Source: Spirochaetia bacterium
GTDB taxonomy: Bacteria > Spirochaetota > Spirochaetia > SZUA-6 > Bin103
Direction of reading: 5' to 3'
Assembly (NCBI GenBank): GCA_965203055.1
Contig: OZ241863.1
Coordinates: 3,408,019-3,472,018 of the forward strand
Length of the DNA stretch: 64,000 bases
The translations under genes were made by a program, and so were the position numbers. Under the pieces are notes generated by a model that was given only the letters and a program-made list of their open reading frames with translations, did not search any database and was not told the origin of the DNA. Shown in pieces: positions 48,186-56,865 of the stretch. Within the stretch, counting starts at the first letter, position 1. Every line of letters begins with the position of its first letter.

Positions 48186-49597
48186 GGATTGCGGTACACC
48201 GCCACCGGGCGGCCCATGAGCGCGGTCACTGCCGCGGCGGCCCGCGCCGCCTCGCCTTCCACCCGCGCGCGCTCCGCCGCCGCCAGCCGCCGCCGGGCGG
48301 CCAGTTCCAGGTTGCCGGCCGTACCCACCGCGGTGCGCCCGGCCAACGCCGCCTGGGCGGCCGCGGCGGCGCCGCGCGGCGCCGCCGGCGCGGCGCCGCC
48401 GGCCGCCGGCTGCGCGGCCTGGCGATAGGCTTCGCGGAAGGCCACCCCCCGGCTGACCAGAGCGAAGGCGGCGTCGGCGGCGAACAACTCCGGCGTGAGC
48501 GCGCGCGCCAAGGCCGCTTCGCGCACCTGCAGCCGTTCGACCGTCAGGGTCATCACCACCACCTGGCCGATCACCGTGTCCAGGCCGGTCAAGTAGGGTC
48601 GTTTGGTCTCCTGCAAGTCGCGGTGGTAGCCGCTCGGCAGGTTGCGCACGATACCCTTTACCGCGCCGGCGAGGCCGGACACCGTCGCCGCCCGGGCGCG
48701 CACCAGCTCCAGGCCGTCCGGGTTGCGCTTGTGGGGCATGATGCTGCTGCCGGTGCACAGCTCCACCGGCAGGGCCACGTAGCCCAGCTCCGGCAGCGAG
48801 AACAGGATCAGGTCCTGAGCCAGACGGCTGGCGGTCATGGCCACCTGGTCGAGGGCGTCGAGGGTCACCGCCTCCAGCTTGCCGCGGCTGTTGGCCGCGG
48901 TGAGCACGTTATGCACCGGACCGTCGAAGCCCAGCAGGGAGGCGACCAGCTCCCGGTCCAGCGGCAGCGGCGCCCCGTAACCGGCCGCGGAACCAAGCGG
49001 CGAGCGATTGGTCAGCCGGTAGCAGGTGGCCACCAGGGCCAGGTCGTCCAGCAGCTCCTCGGCGAAGGCCGCCGCCCACAGCCCGAGGGTGGAGGGCATC
49101 GCCACCTGGGTATGGGTGCGGCCGGGCATCGCGGTGCGCCGGTAGCGGGCGGCGAAGGCCAACAACGCCTCCGCCAGCGCCAGCACCGCCCGCTGCAGCT
49201 CGGTGAGCGCCTCGCGCCCGTACAGGCGCAGGGCGGCCATCACCTGATCGTTGCGCGACCGTCCGGCGTGGATCCTGGCGCCGGCCGCGGTGCGCCGGGT
49301 CAGGTAGCGCTCCAGCGCGGTGTGTCCATCCTCGTCGGACCGCTCGATGGTTAAGCCGCCGCGCTGCGCCAGTTCCAGCGCCTCCAGCAGCGCGGCCCGC
49401 AGTTCCGCCAGTTGCTCGGGCGAAAGCACCTCGATCTCCGCCAACATGGTGGCGTGGGCCATGGAAGCTACGCAGTCCGCGGCCAGCAGGGCGCCGTCGA
49501 GCCGATAGTCGTCGCCCACGGTGAACTGCTCGATGAGCGCATCCAGCGGCTCGTTCTTGTCCCAGAGTTTGCGCCCGGCGCGTTCCCCGCTAGCCAT
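48164..49597 (-). CDS. argH: Argininosuccinate lyase
   Basis: KLWDK; EDGH; IHAGRSRNDQV; MPGRTHTQ.AMP; SPLGSAAGYG; TGSSIMPHKRNPD. ATG at 49597. Confidence 0.93.
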   Translation of the reverse strand: MASGERAGRKLWDKNEPLDALIEQFTVGDDYRLDGALLAADCVASMAHATMLAEIEVLSPEQLAELRAALLEALELAQRGGLTIERSDEDGHTALERYLTRRTAAGARIHAGRSRNDQVMAALRLYGREALTELQRAVLALAEALLAFAARYRRTAMPGRTHTQVAMPSTLGLWAAAFAEELLDDLALVATCYRLTNRSPLGSAAGYGAPLPLDRELVASLLGFDGPVHNVLTAANSRGKLEAVTLDALDQVAMTASRLAQDLILFSLPELGYVALPVELCTGSSIMPHKRNPDGLELVRARAATVSGLAGAVKGIVRNLPSGYHRDLQETKRPYLTGLDTVIGQVVVMTLTVERLQVREAALARALTPELFAADAAFALVSRGVAFREAYRQAAQPAAGGAAPAAPRGAAAAAQAALAGRTAVGTAGNLELAARRRLAAAERARVEGEAARAAAAVTALMGRPVAVYRNPWQTSAA

Positions 49598-51155
49598 GGG
49601 CCGGCGCCAGGGTTCCGGGCGCCACCAGATTGAGCATCTTTTCGGTGGCCTGGGCCGCGGCCAGCACCTGATCGCTGTGCACGCCCTTGGTGTTGAACAC
49701 GCCGGGACGATCCGGGCGCAGCCAGGTGATGGAACACTGTACCAGCGCGTCCGACTTGCCGCCGGGCGGAATCGACACGTTGTAATCGGCCAGCCGCGGC
49801 AGGGTGAGCCCGAGCTGGCCCGCAATGCTGCGGATCGCGTTCATGAACGCGTCATAGCCGCCGTCGCCCTGGTTGCTGGCCTCGTACTCGTCGAACGCGC
49901 CGGCGGCGTTGCGGTGGGCGACCCTGACGGTAGCTATCGGCTTGAGGCCGATGCTGGACACCACCACGCAGCTCTTCAGGATGAAGGTGCGGTCGTGCGG
50001 CGTCTCCAGCACGTCCGAAATGATGAACGGCAGGTCGTCCTGGGTGATGGTCTGCTTGCTGTCGGCCAGTTCCTTGATCCGCTCCAGCACCAGGCGGGAC
50101 TGCTCCTCGTCCAACTCGATTCCCAGGTCGGCGAGATTGAACTCCAGGCTGCGCTTGCCGCTGAGCTTGCCGAGCGCATAGCGGCGGCGGCGCGCGAACC
50201 GCTCCGGCGACAGGCGGCTGGCGTAGAGGTCTCCCTTGTGGTCGCCGTCGGCGTGGATGCCGGCGGTCTGGGTGAACACGTTGGGGCCGACGATCGGCTT
50301 GTTGAAAGGCACCCGCCGGCCGGAGAACACCTCCACCCGCTCGCTGGCGGTAATCAGCTTGGTCTCGTCGATCTGCGTCCGCCGGCCCAGGAAGTCATGA
50401 ATGCCGACCACCACCTCCTCCAGGGGGGTGTTGCCGGCGCGCTCGCCCATGCCGTTCACCGTACAGTGAACGCAGGAAACGCCCGCTTCCACCGCGGCGA
50501 GGGTATTCGCCGTCGCCATGCCGTAGTCGTCGTGGCCGTGGAAGTCGAAGCTCAGCTCGGGGTAGCGCCGCACCAGATCGCCGACGAACGCGCGCACCTG
50601 CCGCGGCGCCAGCAAGCCGAGGGTATCGGGCAGCATGATTCGCCACAGCCCGAGGCGGCGCAGCTCATCGAGCATGGCATATACGTAATCCGGCGACTCG
50701 AGCATCCCGCCCGACCAGTCTTCCAGATAGATGTTGCAGCGCACGCCGCGGCTGCCGGCATAGGCAACGGTCGCGGCGATGTCGGCAAAGTGGTCGGCGG
50801 GCTGCTTGCGGAGCTGGGTGGTGACGTGCCGCAGCGAGCCCTTGGCCAGCAGGTTCATCACCGTGCAACCGAGCTCCTCGATCCAGTCGACGGAGCGGCC
50901 CACGTCGGTGAAGCCGAGCACCTCGATCGCCTCCGCGCGGCCATGCTTGGCGGCCCAGGAGATCACCTCGCGCACCGCGTCGCGCTCGCCGTCGCTGACC
51001 AGCGCGCTGGTGAGCTCCACGTGATCGACCTTCACGTCCTCCAGCAGAACCTTGGCAATGGCGAGCTTCTCGCCCGGCGTGTAGCTGACGTCCTGCATCT
51101 GCTCGCCGTCGCGCAGCGTGGTGTCGAGCACCTCGATGGTTGCGGCGCCGGTCAC
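49590..51155 (-). CDS. cimA: Citramalate synthase CimA / isopropylmalate synthase family with C-terminal regulatory domain
   Basis: DTTLRDGEQ; NLLAKGS; YLEDWS; LPDTLG; FHGHDDYG; NGMGERAGN; TQTAGIHADGD; GDGGYDAF; DYNVSIPPGG (Leptospira/Bacteroidetes CimA-type). GTG at 51155. Confidence 0.8.
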   Translation of the reverse strand: MTGAATIEVLDTTLRDGEQMQDVSYTPGEKLAIAKVLLEDVKVDHVELTSALVSDGERDAVREVISWAAKHGRAEAIEVLGFTDVGRSVDWIEELGCTVMNLLAKGSLRHVTTQLRKQPADHFADIAATVAYAGSRGVRCNIYLEDWSGGMLESPDYVYAMLDELRRLGLWRIMLPDTLGLLAPRQVRAFVGDLVRRYPELSFDFHGHDDYGMATANTLAAVEAGVSCVHCTVNGMGERAGNTPLEEVVVGIHDFLGRRTQIDETKLITASERVEVFSGRRVPFNKPIVGPNVFTQTAGIHADGDHKGDLYASRLSPERFARRRRYALGKLSGKRSLEFNLADLGIELDEEQSRLVLERIKELADSKQTITQDDLPFIISDVLETPHDRTFILKSCVVVSSIGLKPIATVRVAHRNAAGAFDEYEASNQGDGGYDAFMNAIRSIAGQLGLTLPRLADYNVSIPPGGKSDALVQCSITWLRPDRPGVFNTKGVHSDQVLAAAQATEKMLNLVAPGTLAPAHG

Positions 51156-51184
51156 GCAGCCCCCCCTGCGGCGCCGGCCGGGCC

Positions 51185-51275
51185 AACAAAAAGGGCCGTG
51201 AGCGGGACACCCACGACCCGGCGCGGGCGCGTTGCGCAACACGGCGGCCGCGGGTACCGCGCCGCGGGCGTACCC
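51185..51275 (-). promoter_or_regulatory. Candidate transcription attenuator (terminator plus alternative antiterminator) in the cimA-argH-hflX leader
   Basis: Minus-strand hairpin GGGUCGUGG..UCACGGCCC followed by UUUUUGUU, about 30 nt before the cimA start. Upstream ACCCGCGGCC can pair with the terminator 5' arm. Confidence 0.6.
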
Positions 51276-51519
51276 CGAATGACCCTGTCGCTGCCGTACA
51301 AGTATGGCGCCCCCATCGCTCGCTGCCGGTTTTCACCGTACCCGCAGCCCCCGATTCGGGTCAAGGCGCCGCATTGCCTCGGTCGCGTTCCCAGGTTGAC
51401 GCGGCGCTACGGTGCCGGCTAGGGTTGGGATGGTCACTGACCGGCCGGCTCTCCGATTTGGATGCGGCGGCAGTGAACTACTGGTCTGACCCGTGCGCTC
51501 GCTCGACGAGGCGTATGCC

Positions 51520-51660
51520 GTTGCCTGGATTGGAGATAACCGGGACGACGCGGACTTGGCGCCAAAGCCGTGAATCCTCCAGACCTCCAATCGACCGTCA
51601 AGGCAACCGCGCGCCGCTGCCGATAATCGGTACCTCGGGCGTTCGTACGCAGAGACCGAT
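51520..51660 (+). ncRNA. pan RNA motif-like cis-regulatory leader upstream of panB
   Basis: Two bulged stems directly 5' of the panB SD: gttgcctggattggag(ataac)...ctccaatc(gaccgtc)aaggcaac and atcggt(ac)ctc...gagaccgat. The location and two-stem layout match the described pan motif, recalled from memory rather than tested against Rfam. Confidence 0.6.
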
Positions 51661-51676
51661 GGGCCGAGGAACCGCC

Positions 51677-52558
51677 GTGGAACGCGACAAGGTCACCATC
51701 CGACAGGTCACCAAACGGGCGGGTGATGCACCGCGCCTGACGATGATCACCGCCTACGACTACTACAGCGCGCGGTTCGCGGACCGCGCCGGGGTGGACA
51801 TGATCCTGGTGGGCGACAGCCTCGGTCCGTTCATGCTCGGCTACCCCGGTACGGTGCCGGTTACCATGGAGGAGATGCTCCACCACTGCCGCGCGGTCAC
51901 CCGGGCGCAACCGGCGGCGCTGGTGGTCGGCGACCTGCCGTTCGGTTCCTACCAGATCGGCGCGCCGCAGGCGGTCGCCAACGCCGTGCGCCTGATCAAG
52001 GAAGGAGGCTGCGCCGCGGTGAAGCTGGAGGGCGGCGCGGAGCGGGCCGCGGCCATCAGCGCCATCGCGGCCGCGGGCATCCCGGTAATGGGGCACGTCG
52101 GGCTGGAGCCGCAGTCCGAGCACCTGACCGGCGGTTACCGCGTGCAGGGCCGAACGGCGGCGGCGGCGGAGCGGCTGGTCCGCGACGCCCAGGCGGTTGC
52201 CGCCGCCGGCTGCTTCGCGCTGGTGGTGGAAGCGGTGCCGCGCAAGATCGCGGCCGAGATTACCCGGCGGGTGCCGGTCGCAACCATCGGCATCGGCGCC
52301 GGCGCCGGTTGCGACGGCCAAGTGTTGATCTACCACGAAGTGATCGGCATGCATACCGGCAGCGCGCCGCGCTACGTCAAGCAATACGCCGACGTCGGCG
52401 CGCAGATCGACGGCGCGCTCGCCCGCTATTGCGCCGAGGTGCGCCGCGGGCAATTTCCCGACCGTGCGCACTCCTACCTGATGGAACGCGCCGAGCTGGC
52501 CGCGTTCCGCGCGCGGCTGCCGGCAATCGACGGCCCTGCGCCATCCAACGGAGGTTGA
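51677..52558 (+). CDS. panB: 3-methyl-2-oxobutanoate hydroxymethyltransferase
   Basis: MITAYDY; LVGDSLG; DLPFGSY; AVKLEGG; MGHVGL.PQ; GIGAG..CDGQVL. GTG at 51677 after GAGGA. Confidence 0.95.
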   Translation: MERDKVTIRQVTKRAGDAPRLTMITAYDYYSARFADRAGVDMILVGDSLGPFMLGYPGTVPVTMEEMLHHCRAVTRAQPAALVVGDLPFGSYQIGAPQAVANAVRLIKEGGCAAVKLEGGAERAAAISAIAAAGIPVMGHVGLEPQSEHLTGGYRVQGRTAAAAERLVRDAQAVAAAGCFALVVEAVPRKIAAEITRRVPVATIGIGAGAGCDGQVLIYHEVIGMHTGSAPRYVKQYADVGAQIDGALARYCAEVRRGQFPDRAHSYLMERAELAAFRARLPAIDGPAPSNGG

Positions 52559-52560
52559 CG

Positions 52561-53502
52561 ATGCGCGTGGTCACCGGCGCCGCCGAGCTGCGCGCCGCCC
52601 GGGCGAAGCTGTCCGGCAGCGTCGGCCTGGTGCCCACCATGGGCGCCCTGCATGCCGGGCACGCCGCGCTGGTCCGGCGCAGCGCGCGGGAATGCGAGCA
52701 CACCGCGGCGAGCATCTTCGTCAATCCCGCGCAGTTCGACGACGGCGCCGACTTGGCGGCGTATCCCCGCGACCTCGAGCGCGATCTCGCCCTGCTCGCC
52801 GAGCTGCGCGTGGACCTGGTGTGGACCCCGCCCCCCGACGAGGTCTACCCGCCGGGATACCAGACCTTCGTCGAGGTACGCGAGCTGTCGCAACCGCTGG
52901 AAGGCGCGGCCCGCCGCGGCCACTTCTCCGGCGTGGCCACGGTGGTGACCAAGCTGCTGGTGCTGTTCCAACCGCAGCGCGCCTACTTCGGCCGCAAGGA
53001 TGCCCAGCAACTGGCGGTGGTGCGCCGGCTCACCGCCGACCTCGGCCTGCCGGTCGCCATCGTCGGCTGCCCGACGGTGCGCGCCGCCGACGGGGTGGCC
53101 CTGAGCTCGCGCAATGCGATGCTCGCGCCGGCCGCCCGGCAGCGCGCGGCCGCCCTCCACCGGGGGCTGGCGGCCGCGGGGCGCTGCTGGCGCTCCGGCG
53201 AGCGCCGCCGCGAGCTCCTGCTGCGGCAGGCGCGCGCCCCGATCGACGCCGCCGGGGTGACGCTCGAGTACCTGAGCGTGGCCGACCCCGATACCTTGCA
53301 GGAGTTGCAGCCCACGGCCGCCACCGCCCGCGCGCTGGTATCGCTTGCCGCCCGCGTCGACGGGGTACGTCTGATCGACAACCTGCTGCTGCCCGATGAC
53401 CTCGAGGAGCCGCCGCCGGTGCGAGCGCCGGGGGCGGCGGGGACGGCGGGTAACGGAACGGCAGGCGCCCGGCCGGGCGCCGCGCAACCGGTGGCCGGAT
53501 AA
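52561..53502 (+). CDS. panC: Pantoate--beta-alanine ligase
   Basis: VPTMGALHAGH; SIFVNP.QF; HFSGVATVV.KL; FGRKDAQQ; LSSRN; RLIDN. ATG at 52561 after GGAGG. Confidence 0.95.
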   Translation: MRVVTGAAELRAARAKLSGSVGLVPTMGALHAGHAALVRRSARECEHTAASIFVNPAQFDDGADLAAYPRDLERDLALLAELRVDLVWTPPPDEVYPPGYQTFVEVRELSQPLEGAARRGHFSGVATVVTKLLVLFQPQRAYFGRKDAQQLAVVRRLTADLGLPVAIVGCPTVRAADGVALSSRNAMLAPAARQRAAALHRGLAAAGRCWRSGERRRELLLRQARAPIDAAGVTLEYLSVADPDTLQELQPTAATARALVSLAARVDGVRLIDNLLLPDDLEEPPPVRAPGAAGTAGNGTAGARPGAAQPVAG

Positions 53503-54285
53503 GTGCTGCTCGGGATCGACGTGGGCAACAGCAACGTGGTGCTCGGCGTGTTCGACGGCGTGAGGCTGCGGGCGAGTTGGCGCATCCACACCCGCACCGC
53601 GGCGACCGCCGACGAATACGGCGTCCTGATTGCCGGGATGTTCGCCGGCGCAGGCCTGGAACCGGCGCTCATCGACGGGGTGGCGCTGGCCAGCGTGGTG
53701 CCGCCGCTGACCCCCTCCTTCGCGGAGTTGGCGCGGCGCATGTTCCGCTGCCGGCCGCTGGTGGTCGATGCCGGCGTGAAGACGGGGGTCAAGGTGCGTT
53801 ACGACAGCCCCCGCGACGTCGGCGCCGACCGCATCTGCAACGCCGCCGCCGCGTGCCGCTACTACGGCGCCCCCGCGTGCATCATCGACTTCGGCACCGG
53901 CACTACCTTCGACGCGATCAACGCGGCCGGCGAATACGTCGGCGGGGCGATCGCTCCCGGCCTGGAGATCGCGCTGCAGGCGTTGGCGGGCCACACCGCG
54001 CGCCTGCCGCGCGTCGAGCTGCGCCCGCCGCCGGCGGCAATCGGGCGCAATACGGTGCATGCCATGCAGTCGGGACTGGTGTTCGGCTACGTGGCGCTGG
54101 TGGAGGGCATGGTGGCCCGCTTCCGCGCCGAGCTGGGGCCTGACCTGCGGGTCATCGGTACCGGCGGCCTGGCCGAGGTGATCGCCGCCGAGACCGACGC
54201 GGTGCAGCAGGTCGATCCGTGGATCACCCTCAAGGGCCTGCGCATCGTCTACCAGCTCAACCAGCCGCCGGCGGCAGCCGCATGA
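53503..54285 (+). CDS. coaX: Type III pantothenate kinase
   Basis: LLGIDVGNSN; ASVVP; VGADRI; IDFGTGTTFD; GGAIAPG; GTGGLA. Confidence 0.95.
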   Translation: MLLGIDVGNSNVVLGVFDGVRLRASWRIHTRTAATADEYGVLIAGMFAGAGLEPALIDGVALASVVPPLTPSFAELARRMFRCRPLVVDAGVKTGVKVRYDSPRDVGADRICNAAAACRYYGAPACIIDFGTGTTFDAINAAGEYVGGAIAPGLEIALQALAGHTARLPRVELRPPPAAIGRNTVHAMQSGLVFGYVALVEGMVARFRAELGPDLRVIGTGGLAEVIAAETDAVQQVDPWITLKGLRIVYQLNQPPAAAA

Positions 54286-55547
54286 ACGCGGCGACGCCGC
54301 GCCGCGGCGTGTTGGTGGGGGCGCGCGTGGTGGTCGGCGTGACCGGCAGCATCGCCGCCTACAAGGCGGCCACCCTGGTGAGCTCGCTGGTGCGCCGCGG
54401 GGCGTACGTCGACGTGATCCTTACCGCTTCTGCGGCGCGCTTCGTCACCCCCGCGACCTTCGCCGCCTTGACGCCGGGCGCGGTGCATGCCGACCTGTTC
54501 ACCGACCGCGGCCTGCCGCACGTGGAGTTGGCCGAGCGCGCCGACCTGATCGTGGTGGCGCCGGCCACCGCCCACACCCTGGCGCGGTTGGCCCACGGCC
54601 TGGCCGACGACCTGCTCGCGCTCACCATCCTCGGCGCCCGCGCGCCGGTACTGGCGGCCCCGGCGATGGAGGCCGGGATGTGGCGCCATCCCGCCACCCG
54701 CCGCAACGTGGAGCTGCTGCGCGCGGACGGCGTGTACTTCGCCGGTCCGGACTGCGGGCGCCACGCCTCCGGCGCCGGCGGCCCGGGGCGCATGGTGGAA
54801 CCGGAGGCGCTGGTCGGCCACGTTCGCCGGGTGTTGGGGCGGGGCGGCGATCTGGCCGGGATTCGCTGCCTGACGACGGCCGGGGGCACGCGCGAACCGC
54901 TCGATCCGGTACGCGTGCTGAGCAACCGCTCGAGCGGGAAGATGGGGCTCGCCCTGGCCCGCGCGGCGCGTGACCGCGGCGCCGAGGTGACGCTGATCAC
55001 CACCGCGGCCGCGCCTCCCGACGACGCCGGGATCAGCGTCGCGCCGGTGGAGACCGCCGCCGAGATGCAGGCCGCGGTCAGCGCGCGCCTGGCGTCGCAC
55101 GAGGTGCTGCTGATGGCGGCCGCGGTGGCCGACTACCGGCCGGCCGCCCGGGCTTCCCACAAGATCAAGAAGGGCAGCGCCGGGTCCCGCCGCCGGCTGG
55201 AACTGGAGCGGACCGACGACATCGTCGCCGCCGCGGCGCGCCGGCGGCGCAGCGCGGAACCCCTGCGCCGGCCGCGCGTGATCGCCGCCTTTGCCGCGGA
55301 AACCGAGAATCTGGAGCAGTTCGCACGTGCCAAGCTGGAACAGAAGGGGGTCGATCTGATCGTTGCCAACCCGGTCACCGACAGCGCGGGCGGCACCGTA
55401 TTCGGTTCCGACCACAACGAAGTGCTGCTGATCGCTCCCGACGCGGCTACGGTGCGCCTGCCGCCGCTGGAGAAGGAGCAGGCCGCGCATCACATCCTCG
55501 ATGCGGTGCGGCGGCAACTGGATCAGGGCGCGGCGCCGGGCGGCTGA
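54282..55547 (+). CDS. coaBC: Phosphopantothenoylcysteine decarboxylase/ligase
   Basis: GVTGSIAAYK; APATA; APAM; TAGGTRE.LDPVR.LSNRSSGKMG; AAAVADY; FAAET. ATG at 54282. Confidence 0.95.
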   Translation: MNAATPRRGVLVGARVVVGVTGSIAAYKAATLVSSLVRRGAYVDVILTASAARFVTPATFAALTPGAVHADLFTDRGLPHVELAERADLIVVAPATAHTLARLAHGLADDLLALTILGARAPVLAAPAMEAGMWRHPATRRNVELLRADGVYFAGPDCGRHASGAGGPGRMVEPEALVGHVRRVLGRGGDLAGIRCLTTAGGTREPLDPVRVLSNRSSGKMGLALARAARDRGAEVTLITTAAAPPDDAGISVAPVETAAEMQAAVSARLASHEVLLMAAAVADYRPAARASHKIKKGSAGSRRRLELERTDDIVAAAARRRRSAEPLRRPRVIAAFAAETENLEQFARAKLEQKGVDLIVANPVTDSAGGTVFGSDHNEVLLIAPDAATVRLPPLEKEQAAHHILDAVRRQLDQGAAPGG

Positions 55548-55584
55548 GCTGGCTGATCCAAGCCAAGCGGCCCGTTCCCAAGGA

Positions 55585-55800
55585 TCAGCCGGCGCGCGGC
55601 TCCTCATCGCCGCCGGCGGCCTTGCCGGCGGCGCTCCGCCCGCCCTCGGCCTCCTCGCGGCCGGCGTCGCCCTGCCCCCGCTCGAACTCCTTCTTCGCGC
55701 GCCCGATGGAGCGCGCGAAGCGGGGAATGGCCGAAGCGCCGAACAGCACCAGCACCACGCCTCCGATGATGATCCACTCCGCTCCGCCAGGTAACATCAT
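55585..55800 (-). CDS. tatA: Twin-arginine translocase TatA/E
   Basis: PGGAEWIIIGGVVLVLFGASAIPRFARSIGRAKKEFE. Confidence 0.88.
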   Translation of the reverse strand: MMLPGGAEWIIIGGVVLVLFGASAIPRFARSIGRAKKEFERGQGDAGREEAEGGRSAAGKAAGGDEEPRAG

Positions 55801-55805
55801 CTTCT

Positions 55806-56099
55806 CTACTCCTCCTTGCGCGCGTTCGCGCCCGTCCGTTTCCCAGTCCCGCCGTTGCCGGCGGCATCCTGCTCCGAGCCGCCGGCGGCGATGCTGTGCC
55901 CCGGGTCATCCTGCTGCGGGTCGTCGTCCAGCTCCATGGAATACTGGAATTGACGCATGATGCGGCGCGACGCCCCGGTCACGCGGCCATACAGCCTGCC
56001 CGCCTTGCGCATCACCCGCGGCAGCTCCTCGGGGCGCACGAACACCAGCAGGGCAACGCAGATCAAAGCGATCTCCCACACTCCGAGGCCGAACATCAT
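55806..56099 (-). CDS. tatB: Twin-arginine translocase TatB-like
   Basis: MMFGLGVWEIALICVALLVFVRPEELPRVMRKAGRLY. The start overlaps the tatC stop. Confidence 0.82.
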   Translation of the reverse strand: MMFGLGVWEIALICVALLVFVRPEELPRVMRKAGRLYGRVTGASRRIMRQFQYSMELDDDPQQDDPGHSIAAGGSEQDAAGNGGTGKRTGANARKEE

Positions 56100-56854
56100 T
56101 CGGCCCCAAAGCCGAGCAGCTTGGCAACCAGGATCGACAGAAAGAACATACCGACCATCGGCACCGCCAGGCTCACCTGCGACACCACGTCCGGCGGGGT
56201 TACCACCGCGGCCAGGGCGAAGATCAGGACCACCGCGTAGCGGCTGGCGCGCAGCAATGCCCGCCGCGTAACCGCTCCCGTCATCATCAGCACCACGAGC
56301 AGGATCGGAATCTGGAACACCAGCAGGAACACCAGCAGGAACTGGAACACGAAGAACACGTTGCGCTGGAAGTTGAGCAGCAGGCCGACACCCGGCGGGA
56401 TGAACCCGCCGCTGACCAGAAACCGCACCGAAAGCGGTATGACGCTGTAGTAGCTGTACAGGAAGCCCGCCAGCAACAGCACGAACGACGCCGCCAGGGT
56501 GGCCGTCACCGCGCGGCGCTCGCGCCCGGTGAGGCCGGGAAAGATGAAGCGCACCAGATGGTAGAGGTGCACCGGCAGCGACAGCACGGCGCCGGCGATC
56601 AACGCCACCTTCACGCGCACCAGAAAGCCTTCGAAGATGGTGTTGATGAACAGATAGGCGGCGTCCGCCTCGGGCGCGGCGGACGCGGCGGGCGGCAGCG
56701 ACTCCAACGGACGCAGCAACACCGCCAGCACCGGCTCGTAGAACAGGTAGCAGGCGACGGCCGCCAGCAGCACCGCCAGCAGGGAGATGAGCAGTCGTTG
56801 CCGCAGCTCCGCGGCATGTTCGAGGAAGGGCATGGTGCCCCGCACCGGCGCCAT
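56096..56854 (-). CDS. tatC: Twin-arginine translocase TatC
   Basis: MPFLEHAAELRQRL; FIFPGL...E; FQIP; AAVVTPPDVVSQ. Confidence 0.92.
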   Translation of the reverse strand: MAPVRGTMPFLEHAAELRQRLLISLLAVLLAAVACYLFYEPVLAVLLRPLESLPPAASAAPEADAAYLFINTIFEGFLVRVKVALIAGAVLSLPVHLYHLVRFIFPGLTGRERRAVTATLAASFVLLLAGFLYSYYSVIPLSVRFLVSGGFIPPGVGLLLNFQRNVFFVFQFLLVFLLVFQIPILLVVLMMTGAVTRRALLRASRYAVVLIFALAAVVTPPDVVSQVSLAVPMVGMFFLSILVAKLLGFGAE

Positions 56855-56865
56855 CGTTCCTGGCT

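Noticed and set aside
51240-51430. T-box riboswitch, 6S RNA or SRP RNA
   Set aside because: No UGGN antiterminator bulge or AGUA/GA motifs on the cimA strand, no open central bubble as in 6S, and no exact SRP helix-8 consensus. Kept only as an unassigned structure.
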